64,000 bases of DNA, taken from positions 10,168,001 through 10,232,000 of the forward strand of contig NC_092674.1 of assembly GCF_964355755.1 (NCBI RefSeq), read 5' to 3'. Source of the DNA: Antedon mediterranea. Taxonomy: Eukaryota > Animalia > Echinodermata. Shown here in pieces: positions 46,513-58,629 of the stretch. How positions within the stretch are numbered: the stretch's first letter is position 1; the number at the start of each line of letters is the position of its first letter. A program made the position numbers and the translations under genes. Below the pieces are notes generated by a model, which was not told where the DNA came from, did not search any database, and saw only the letters and a list, made by a program, of their open reading frames with translations.

Positions 46513-47734
46513 GTGAACATTAACGCGATTCCCATAAAGGCTCAGTGAAATGAACACACAACTTCCCATCATCAGAATAAGATTAAATACAGAATAGAAC
46601 AGTGGTGATAAGGTAAACATTAAATAATTTTTTACGATTACCCGTATGTTAATCATTGATTTTATTGCCAAGAGGCCTATATTTCATGATTTAGGCCGTA
46701 CTAAATATTTCTAAGACCAGCAATAGCGACAATAAGTGTAATTGAAAGATGGCCGCAGATAATAGAGCATATTATTCCAACATTGTTTCCTTCCTAGATT
46801 ATATATACGTACAAAGTTCAAATATTTAAAAATTGATGTTCTGAATAAATACTTAACTTTTATATATTTAACTTTTGTAGTGTATTTTCAATAATTGATT
46901 TTATTATTATTGTGTGGAGTACAGTAAGTGCAAAATCTGCTTAGCTTTTACATTTTCTCGGTCCTGGTTGTTATCAATATATAAATAACTATGCCATATT
47001 GTTAGGTTGTTCTTTTTTTCAAGCAAATTATTTTCTAACTTGTCAATAATATATCAGTATAAATCAGTTTGTTTAGTATCCAAAATGATGTAAACCAAAG
47101 AGTCTAATTTGTCTCTAAGAAAAATTGTAAAAAATATATAACAATGGTCAAAGTTGTTCATTTTGCTACATTTAAGATTATTGTCCTTTTGTGAAGGAAT
47201 GCTATCATCATAGTTATGCTTTATTTGTTTATTAACCGATATTCATATAAATCAAAGGCAGATTACTGAAAAATAACAATGCTCTGCGTGTATCAGTGGC
47301 TGGATACCAATGGAGATACAAATAAAATTTATTTTTTTTTTTATTTTCAATCTTTCGACAATCAGAAACAACAAAGTTGAACGGGGTTGTCGAGGTAAAA
47401 AGCAAAGGTTTAAACTGTCATCAAAAGATGTGCTGAACCAAACCCACGTCAACAACACATAGGCCTATCAACAAACAAAATTCAATATAAAAAAAATACA
47501 GTGCAAAATTTACATGTAGAAAAAAGCAAAGCAAAATGATAAAGTAGCCAGAGAGAAATTGTAGAGCTTTTGTGTCGAACTAACGCTTATCAGTCCATCA
47601 AATTGTTTATTTTTTATTTTTTTCATGGTATAATCAATGTTTGTGTTTGTTCAATGTTATTTTTTCTATACAGAGCCCTATGTTAGATTTGTGTGTTAAT
47701 TGGAACACATTAGAAATAAGCTGTATCAGCTTTA

Positions 47735-47894
47735 AGCTCTCTACACTATCAAACTGTATGACAAACAAAATTGATGTGCCCATATATGGACATGATGATG
47801 TCATATCCCTACCATATTCGGACATATTATTGCTACCATATTTAGGCACATCACACTTTTTTTGTCAAACTAGTTTGATAGTGTAGACAGAGTT
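47735..47894. mobile_element. PIF/Harbinger-like MITE (same family as 15021-15164)
   Basis: AGCTCTCTACAC...GTGTAGACAGAGTT; reverse-complement similarity to 15021-15164. Confidence 0.7.
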
Positions 47895-49030
47895 TTATGG
47901 ATCATCCTGGCATGTTTCGTGAATGTATATATGGTATGTTGGTTTCGTAGAGCACCGATTATAAAAAAACAACAAACAAATGTATTGTAGGCCTGTTTGT
48001 ATATTTCTTCTAACTAGTAACGGTAATTACCACTGTTGGTATTGTAAATTAATAAATAATAATATTTTAATCAAATTTAAAAATTGTATCTATTTATGAT
48101 TGTAAACTTATTATATGATTGAAATTTACATTTATTGAGACCAGGTATGGTGTGACATCTGTAGACCACATATATTGGGTTATGAGATGAGGAAACCAGC
48201 TTTTGGGGTAGGCCTAAGGAATGAGGATATCGGAAATCACCCCATTTAGATTTCGTGGAGAAACCCGACCGGCCTGAACTGGATCGAGCGTTTGTACTTC
48301 TTAAATTTCCGGTCCAGGATCACCTTATCACCCCACCCTATGTATTATGTTATAATAGGTTATTAAGATCAAAATATTGATTTTGAAAAATATTTTAATT
48401 TACTCTAGAATAAGGTAGACTTCATAGAAATCATAAGTTCGACATATCGGGGAGAGGGAGAGAGAGTCGATATTTGACAGATGTGTACACTTTTCATCGA
48501 TCATGGCGATGTAATCATTGTCTGATTTTCGACAAAAATTGTAATCGCATGGATGTTTATACTAGTTTAAAACATTTTTCAAAGTAAGAATTAAGTTTGA
48601 TTAGATTGTGTTGCATCCTAGTAAGAAAGAAGAATTAACTAGAAATCGTTGCTGTAGTTTTTATTAATCTAAATTATTACTGTATTCCATTTTTCGTTGA
48701 TGTTATGGGAGGAGTGGAGTATTATAATCAATCAATCAATCAATCAATTAATCAATTTCTTTTTATTTGGAAGTATTACTGTATCCATATTAAAAAACAG
48801 AAAAAGAAAACTCGTAAACTCTAATCCTAAATATATAGAATGCTTCTCCATCTACAATACATTTTGGAGTTATGGAGCATATAATAATATATATATAAGA
48901 AAGTATTTCCAAGACCATAACTAATAGAGGGTCTAACTCATTTTTGCTCAAATATATTTTGCTCGATATATTCTTAAACTGCTTCTATAAAGTTTAAGAA
49001 AAACATTTATCTTTTAACTTGACCTTAGCA

Positions 49031-52000
49031 TTTGACTGAAGAGGTTACCCAGTATAAATATATATTTCAATTCAATTCAATTACTAGATACAGTACTGTA
49101 CTATCATTTTCACCATCCATTTTAAAGAGTATACCCCAAGTGGCACGCAGAGGCATAGGCCTACTCGTAAAAAAAGGCTGTGAATTATGGGATAGGGAAA
49201 ACACCATTTTTATTTAACAGCCACAAAATATAACCACTTCAATTCTGACTAACTAAAAACCTAATCGAAATAACCACAAAAACATTTTTCATGCAAGTGA
49301 CTTATTTCATACACTTGACTCCTATTTCCTGCATCCACCCATGACCGCATGGATGGTGAGATTAGTTTAAGATTCATAGCGTCCTGGTCCGCGGCGAAAT
49401 CAGTTCCTCTGGATCCTAAACATTGGAACTAGAACTATTAAGACGGCTGCCGTTGCAATTGCGAAAGATACGTATTGTGATTAGAAAAAAAAATGTGTTA
49501 ACCATTATACATAAAAATACAAACAATAATTTGCAACGATCAAAGCAAATCCTTAGATCTAAAGGGTTTTAAATATTGTTTTTACATTTTTTTTAAACAA
49601 TATTAATTTTACCGATATGGATGGTACAATGGAATATAATGTTCTAGGCATAGGGGTTTGTAAATGAGTCTATATACCCGTAACCCAATCGTAAACTATT
49701 TTCCTCATAACGCGTCATAATTGGTAATAATATGCATAAACTAAACAATGTTATTTTAATGTCACATAGTTTTTCACTTGCATTAAAAAAAAAGTATTTA
49801 CCTACAAAAACTGAATTAAAAGTTTAAAAAAGTCAAATTATCTTTTAATACTGTAATTCATTAGGCCTATGTCTTTTTATATAAATGATATAATTCGTTA
49901 TTTTCCATATTATTATTAAAACAGCAAAGCGGCCTATTACAGTATATCATATATTCAAATCTGATTTTATTAACAATAATTAATAATGTTTTTTGGAGAC
50001 AATACAGGAAGCTACAATTTGGATATCAAAATATCTGTAGGCCTAGGCCTAGATAAAGTTTTTTGTTTTTTTTTGTATTTTTGTTTGTTGATAAAGTAAA
50101 TATGTTATAGTTACTGTATGTTCGATGTTTGTTTAATTTATCGAAATTTGAGACTTATAGTGAGTTTGTTGTTGTTGTTTTTGTTGCTGTAGTTTCCCTC
50201 TCCGTGAGACAGTCAAAAAGTTTGAACTTGATTGAACTTTGACCTAAAATTTGTGTTACTGTATCTCTCTCAAATATAACCTAATATACAAAATTAAATG
50301 ACCATTTCATCGTAGGCGTGTATGCTAATAGTAACAGTTTTAGAAATGTATTCCAAAATATAAATACTGTAATAATATGTAAAAATGCTACAGTACATAT
50401 TAAAAAAAATAATAAGTTAATGTGTTTAGTTTTTTAGAACCTATTTTTTTTAAACATTAGGCCTACAGTATTATAATCAAATCAAAGTAGCTTCTATACA
50501 TTATTTCAATGATAGTTTAGATAAAAATGTTTCTGTAAGTAAATATAGATTATTAGAAAAATAATATAAACATGGAGATAGTGACAGTTATATTAATTTT
50601 AAAATGGTATAACTTCGGTTAGTACAGTATTGAGATGTAGTTCATTGTAAACCAGTATTAACTTACGTGTCAAAACAGTTTCGTGAAGCTGTCAGTTGTT
50701 GTGTGTTGTTACGATTCAGATTGGACTCCTTTCTACTTATTCATTTTAAAAGATATCTTGAGATTTAATTTTTTAAATTACTAATTGGTATTTTCTTAAG
50801 GCCTATATTTAGTATTGCTTATCGCTGTGTATTTTTTTTTAGTCTGTGAGTTGGGTAACCACATCTTATATTACTTCGCTTAAATTGTATCCTCTTATTT
50901 AAACATTGGTCAAATTATTCCATTTCAAACAAATTTCACTATTATTATCTTCTTAAATAATTATTATTCTTGTTTTTATTATTAACTTTGTCATTAAGTT
51001 AAGGATCTCTTCTTTCAAGCTTTACTTGCTTATTATCCATTTTTCATAACTAACGAGATTGCAATTTTTAAAATTTCAATTTCTTAAATCAAAATTAGAT
51101 TCTATGTTTCAAAGACGACGTTATGTTTAAATCCCGACATGAAAGTAGGCCTAACTAAAATAACAAATCAATAAATCAAGCAAGCCAGTTTCTAATTCAC
51201 TGTATAAACAATGTTACCGGTATTGTGCTCCTAATTCAGTGATTACTGTAACCACTGTTGTAGGCCTATGACACCCCATCACTAATTCATAGGCCTACTA
51301 TGTGCCTAATTACCGAAAGTGAATACTCACCGGGGGATGCGAATCTCTTTCATTTCTTTGTTTATATACATGCCTAAAGCTTGGTTGCCACTTGGACGCA
51401 ACGCAATTAATAACGTACTACGCAAGGAAGGGACGAAGTAGACGCAACGCAAATTAAACACAATGCAAAGAAAAACAAATCCCACTAAAATAGGATTTAT
51501 TTCCCATTTAGTAAGGAGATTTTAAAACCTTACTCGGATAGGACTATAAACCGTAGGTCCAGTGTACGCATCTAGCTCGTGTGAACTTTAAGGAACCTAG
51601 TACGTTACCCCCGGTGTATTAGTACATCACAGCCACTGATCACCAACTGGGCCCTCTGGGAGACCAGTCTTTGACTGAAGAGGTTACCCAGTATAAATAT
51701 ATATTTCAATTCAATTCATTTACTAGATACAGTACTGTACTATCATTTTCACCATCCATTTTAAAGAGTATACCCCAAGTGGCACGCAGGCATAGGCCTA
51801 CTCGTAAAAAAAGGCTATGAATTATGGGATAGGGAAAACACCGTTTTTATTTAACAGCCACAAAATATAACCACTTCAATTCTGACTAAAAACCTAATCG
51901 AAATAACCACAAAAACATTTTTCATGCAAGTGACTTATTTCATGCATTTGACTCCTATTTCCTGCATCCACCCATGACCGCATGGATGGTGAGATTAGTT

Positions 52001-52718
52001 TAAGATTCATAGCGTCCTGGTCCGTGGCGAAATCAGTTCCTCTGGATCCTAAACATTGGAACTGGAACTATTAAGACGGCTGCCGTTGCAATTGCGAAAG
52101 ATACGTATTGTGATTAGAAAAATAAAAACTCTTCTAAAATGTGTCAACCATTATACATGAAAATACAAACAATAATTTGCAACGATCAAAGCAAATCCTT
52201 AGATCTATGGGGTTTTAAATATTTTTTAAAATTTTTTTAAACAATATCAATATTACCGATATGGGATGGTATAATGGAATAAATGTTCTAGGCATGGGGT
52301 TTTTTAAATGAGTCTATATACCCGTAACCCAATCGTAAACCACTTTCCTCATAACGCGTCATAATTGGTAATAATATGCATAAACTAAACAATGTTATTT
52401 TAAAGTCACATATAGTTTTTCACTTGGATTTAAAAAAAATTATTTACCTACAAAAACTGAATTAAAAGCAAAGCAAGTTAAGGATCTCTTCTTTAAAGCT
52501 TTACTTGCTTATTATCCATTTTTCATAACTAACAAGATTGCAATTTTTTAAATTTCAATTTCTTAAATCAAAATTAGATTATATGTTTCAAAGACGACGT
52601 TATTTTTAAATCCCGACATGAAAGTAGGCCTAACTAAAATAACAAATCAATAAATCAAGCCAGGCTATTGTTTCTAATTCACTGTATAAACAATGTTACA
52701 GGTATTGTGTTCCTAATT
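49031..52718. repeat. Recent tandem duplication: 49031-49822 matches 51670-52468, and 50996-51235 matches 52476-52718
   Basis: Near-identical sequence by eye; the second copy lacks about 1.17 kb of the middle. Confidence 0.9.
51532..51697 (+). mobile_element. Deu-like SINE, 5'-truncated
   Basis: Highly similar to 22-205. Confidence 0.75.
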
Positions 52719-54799
52719 ATATTAGTGTGGTTATTTATTTTGATAACGATTAACAATTAAAACTTAAATATAGAATCAAACACGTCATAGATTAAAATGA
52801 TTCATAAATTGTATGTGGGTTTCAGACGGATATTCAACGAAAAAGAGTATGTCTAACTAAATGTCCAAAATAGTATCGTTATTCATACTGAGAACGCCCT
52901 ACTTTAAACTTAAATCGTGAATTAAACGCTAGACTACACATTTTGGTATGGGCAGGGGGCCTTTTTAGTCACCGCTGAACCAAATCTAATTTATTCCAGG
53001 AATCTTACCAAACAAATGGTTTCTAAAGGTGTATTTTATTTGTAACGTAAAACATTTCAATCATTTTAAATTGAAATGATTAGACATGGATGTATTGTGG
53101 TATTTCATTTATGACAAATCAGACTTCAACTTAATTTAGTAGACATGGTTAGTTTATGCGTGTCAATTGAATAATGACAAATATATCAATAAATGTCATA
53201 AATAAAAACAGTTATCGAAAATAATAATAAGCATGAATATTGATTTTATATATTTATTACATGTTTTCCACGGAGTTCATAAATTAAAAGTTTATTTTAT
53301 TCTCATCTTTATTTTTGTTCGTTGGGGGCGCTAAAACAAATTGAACACATATTGTTATCGTAGAGTGCGCAAATAAAATTGAAGAAAAGTTTTTTTCCGT
53401 AGAGGGCGTTAACAAAGTCTCACGACGTTTCCCTTTGCCTTTTGTGTGCAAACCTAGCGACTCTTTTGACGCAATAGCATAAACTAAATTTGTTTTAATG
53501 TCAGTATGCCTATAGTTGCAATCTTATTTTTTAAATCCTTGATCAGACATTCTTGACCAGAATGGCTAGATTTTATGTGGTCGCTTGCATGTGTGTGTGT
53601 GTGTGTTTGTTTCTTTATACTCAAAAAGTTATTAACCGATTTTAAAAGATGGTTTCATAAAAATGAGTGACATGTCTCTTTATTCAAAACCTATTCTATG
53701 TAGATATAGGCTATAGCTATTTGTATAAGTTTTTAAAAAATATAGAAATTAAACCAAACATAAATCATACTTATAAGAGGTCAGAAAAAAACCACTTCAT
53801 CTTCATTTGAATTAAATTGAATTGTCAAAATTCTTTATACTTTTTTTAAAAATAGTATACATTTTATTATAATACTATGCTACAACCTTAAATTGCTAGA
53901 AAGGTAAAATGTGAAGCATGATGTTCTGAATAACAAATGCATATTAATAGAGGCTACTAGGGAACCTAATACCCTTTGTATGTTATTGGTGTTTATCTAA
54001 ATTGGTTTATAAAATTGGTATTGTTCTCAAAAAGGTGTAAAGGCGTTTTCAGAACTTAAATAACAATGTATTGTTTTGTAGAAATGAGCATGCATACATT
54101 GCAACAAAAACGATGCCTTTGATAATGGACTGGTACATTATTGAGTGGGGGTTGATAAGATTTGATATTATTATATATTTATTATTATTTATTAATTGAT
54201 TTAAAATTGTTTTGTTGCAACACACTATAATGTAGTTGTGATATTAGAACGACCTCAACTACAAATGTACATACAGTAATTTTATGTTCATATTTAACAA
54301 ACAAGTCCTCGTGTCAAAAATAAATACCGACATTATTGATTGCATCACCATCCTATATACAAATTGCTAACTTTTTCGATTTGGGAAATTCCTGTTTGGC
54401 TAAAACACACCGAACAATTAAACATCGATATTTTGTTGTAGAAATGCGACCGTCGGCCCTACGTCTGTATCTAAATCCTTTATGATAACTGAATGTGAGT
54501 AGTGTTTATGTTTTGTAGTGAAGGTTCATGTTTATATATTAGTAGCCTATGTTAAGTGTTTCGTGTTCAACCCTCATCATCACACAATATTAATGTTGTA
54601 AATAGGTATATAGGGCTCATTAGCCCCTGTTGGCACACCCGCTTTCAGCTGGGGGAAATCACTTAGGACACTTTTTCATGAAACGAACATGGAAAAATGA
54701 TAAATAACTCATATCAAATGATATTTGATCAAAGTGATTGAGTTGGAACTATAGGCTTAAGAAGTTTGTTACATTACATGGTACATTCATTCATTTTTT

Positions 54800-55174
54800 T
54801 CATTTATCTTTTTATTTCGGAATATCATGGTGACATAATATTTTATCCATAGCAAAAGAGAGAAAAAAAATCTTAATCTAACAGCTCATAGAACAAAAAC
54901 AAAGATATGTAAATATATAAAGTCAATGCAACAAAGCATTCCATTGTATGTGCATTCTTGACACATTAAGAACGTGGCGATTAATGGCCATGATCAAGGA
55001 ATTACTACTTGCGTTCACACGATTTTTAAAACTAAAAACAGATTTTCTAATGAACTCATTAAAGGATGGGACGTCATTTAAGACAAACATCATGATTGCA
55101 CTACAATGTCTAGGCTGCTTCAGCACCAAACGTAAGGCATTGTTATAACATACTTTCAGTGATCTCAGAAACAA
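54800..55174 (-). mobile_element. Non-LTR retrotransposon 3' fragment (ORF2 C-terminus and 3' UTR)
   Basis: LKVCYNNALRLVLKQPRHCSA..MFV.NDVPSF..FIRK...SF..RV..SSNSLI...W resembles LINE ORF2 C-termini; clade not determined. Confidence 0.7.
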
Positions 55175-57786
55175 AATTATCTACAATAGGCCTATAAAAA
55201 TACGATACAAATTTCTGAACTTTTATGCAGCTCTGGACCTATAAATATATTGGTATAGGCCTATTACTATTATTAGCTTTTTACATGCCATGGTCTTGGT
55301 AGAGAACATTATGATTAGTAAACAACATATACGTTTTTGTTTGTTTAAGAAACAGACAATAATATAGGCGTATAGATTGATAATAAGGTTACCATTAATT
55401 TATGAAATATCAATCAATTCATATTCTGTGCACAGCAAATTGAACTCTCGTCACGCTTCGTTGCTTGTCAGATCTGAAAGTGCATTGTTTGACTACAAAA
55501 CATTGGTCTAACTGCTAAGACCTTGGCAAGTTTACAGCTTTTGCTAGCTCTTTTGCGGGGGTGAAATAATTTATCGCAGGCGACGATTGTACACTGCATA
55601 GTACGTGGAAGGTCTTAAATTTAACTTTAATCAACAGCAAGTCAGTTATTATTAATATTACCGAATATTGCACTATTTACATATTTTTTATATACCAAAT
55701 GAATCTTTAAAAAAAAATCAAAATCACCCCATATAAAAATGAAACATCCTAGAAAACTTTCTTTATAAACTTTGACCTTGCAAAAATGTGACACTTGTTG
55801 GAGCTAGCTGAGATTGTTTGGCAGATGAGTGGTTGTGGACCGTGGTTCTTCAGTTATTATTGATATCTAGTTACTGTATTCTTTTTTCGACACTCAGTTT
55901 AACTTAAGCCTACAGTTTTGTAAGTATTTTGTATATTTTCACAAACAAATTGTAATTATTATGTTTTATGGCATTTATAGGTTGTAGAGTAGAAGATTTT
56001 ATTGGATGAAAAAAAGAGAGATGATGAACTCATTAATTTATATATAGCCAGTTCATGCATTCATGGAGGTATTATACCTCCATGGTTCATGTGTAGGCCT
56101 AGAGTGTTGCTTTGTGGTATGAAGGAAAGCAATCTTCTTTTAACTTAGGTCTGTATATGCATAAGCCCGGCATAGAATATGCATAAACTAGGCAGTTGAC
56201 TCGCCTTTGACTTTATTATTAATGCCACTCGACGCCATGCCCATCCCGTTATATCTACGACATAGACCCCATCTTAATTATTTTTTAGGAATCCCTTGAA
56301 AAAATATCTAATAAAATCCATCCATATTTGTAAACACCATACGGTGCAACAGGTTACCAATGCAATTGTGTTTCCAAAACCATCAATCATTCCATTCCAA
56401 TGTTGACAGGAAAGGATACCAACTATGGAATGCCACACTGGCAAAGTAATAAATTACAATGCACTGATTAAAATACACTTTTTATAAATATAGAACTAGG
56501 AGAACTATACTCTGTAAAATTGAAATTTTACTTGGCAAAATTATATTATTTGCTTTTTGTGGTTTGTTTTTACGGTAAACATCATTTTTCAAGTTATTAT
56601 CAGGAATATATTTTTTGAAGTACCTATATGTGACATCAAAACTTACTAATTCAAATATTTTTTTGTATCTCTATATAATTATAAAACTATTTTCGATAAG
56701 AAACTCTTATATTTTTTTGGCGGAAATTGAAAGATTTAAAGAATTGAAAGGTTATTTCCCCCTAAAAATCTTGAATTTCACCTGAAATCAAACATACTGT
56801 TTATTTACTGTACATTTTCCCAAAACAAATACTGTTATTTCATAATTAGCAATTGCTTGAACCAGGGAGTTGTTATTACAACTCCCTGCTTGAACTGTTT
56901 ATAGTGACACCCATTTATTCAACAAAAGAAAACAAAAGCATTTCTTAAACCTTTGTTTGACAAATTAACAGCCATCTATCAACTGTTCCAAGCCAAATAT
57001 ACAAGATTATATATATCAGTGCAAAACTTAATGAGTGAGGTAATGCCAATTAAGAAAAAGTTTGTTAGCCTTTATTTTGCTAATTAATTAGGAAACATTT
57101 TCATTCTGGCCGTTTCACACTAACCAAATTCCAAATTTGGGGGAAAAAAGACAGAGAAGTTTTTTTTTTCATTTGGCATGGAAATATCAATACCCACCTT
57201 TATGGCTTTAGAGTGAAAGCCATGAAGTGGGCTATGCTTGGCGCTGAATAAGCTTGCCTTGGATAGTGTTAATTTCATTTTTATTGTTCACTTTTATTGT
57301 TATTGCCTTCTTCTGGATTTGTTGATCTAACATCTTGTCGAGCATTCTTATGATTTTAACACTTTTTTTTTTTGGCCTTAAAATTTGATCTTTTTAAGTC
57401 AATGTGTTAGGCTCAGTATCCATTGTTCTTAAGTCCTTTGTTTACATTTCTCAAAGCCTTTTGTTAGGCTTTCTCAGTGATGGTTTCTCTGCCTTGTTTT
57501 TGGCCTAGCTTTTTGTGATTTCAATTTAATTTGTTTAGCTAGATACCCACATCACTGAGAACACCTGTGAGTTATGTACTGGCTGGTCTATGCACCTTAA
57601 ATTGCTGGTAAACGGAAGCAGTGATGTGGGTTCGATTGGTCTTATTTTATTTCGGTTTTTGTCAAAACTATCAGTAGTATTTAGGTTTCAAGGTTTATTT
57701 TTTATATGTTTTTTCATGGTTTTTCACAAGCGCCTTGAGCATTTTTGTGGATATGTGCACTATATAAATCTTATTATTATTATTAT

Positions 57787-58559
57787 TATTAATGTTATGC
57801 GCGATTTGCGCAATTTGAAATTGCGCAAATAATTCTTGTGCAATTTAAAATTGCGCAAGGATTTTTTTGCGCAATTTCAAATTGCGCAATCAACTTGCGC
57901 AATTTCAAATTGCGCAAGAAAATCTTTGCGCAATTTTAAATTGCGCTGCACAATTTGTAAATTGCGCAAGATACTTCTTGCGCAATATGACACCTTTGCG
58001 CAATTTGAAAACGAACTGTAAATTTTCCCATACATGGCTATAGGCTAGGCCTAGGCAGAGGAGTTTAAAATTTAGTATTTTATTATATAAATAAGACCAT
58101 TTCAATGAAGATAATGTTTAATACTCACTTTTTAAGTTTTTAATATTAGTTTAAGCTAGGCCATGTAACCTAGTCAGTATCAGTAGTCCAGACCCTAGCT
58201 AGGCTAGAGTAGTATAGCCGGCCGCCCGCGCCGCGCCCGCCTGGTGGAATACCACCGCTTCGTTTTCCTTCGTCGGTTCTTCGACGATATGCTAACTTAT
58301 AACAATATTTGCACTACTAAAATAAGGAAATGCGATATTTATCTTTATTTTTGAATCATTCTTAGAAATTACTATAAAAATATGGGTGTACATGATTTCA
58401 CAATCTGTCGAAAAACCTTGCACAATTTGCAGATTACTTGCGCAATTTAATACGTTGCTTGCGCAATTTGAAACACATGTTTCAATTCAAATTGCGCAAG
58501 GATTTTGTTGGCGCAATTTCAAATTGCGCAAATCGTTCAAATCGCGCATAACATTAATA
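57787..58559. mobile_element. Non-autonomous TIR element with subterminal TTGCGCAA arrays
   Basis: Perfect 22-bp inverted ends TATTAATGTTATGCGCGATTTG / CAAATCGCGCATAACATTAATA; about 15 TTGCGCAA palindromes; GC-rich core at about 58215-58285. Confidence 0.8.
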
Positions 58560-58629
58560 CATTCTGAAGAGACATGAGAAAAATAACATTGACTGTTTGT
58601 TGTTGTTTTCAGAGCAACTTTTTCCAGGC

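Larger units (their letters stand above)
41720..49220. repeat. Old tandem duplication, two diverged 3.5-4 kb units (about 41720-45260 and 45260-49220)
   Basis: Colinear shared blocks at 41724/45262, 41862/45551, 42560/46007, 43858/46744, 44560/48184 and 45223/49179. Confidence 0.85.
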
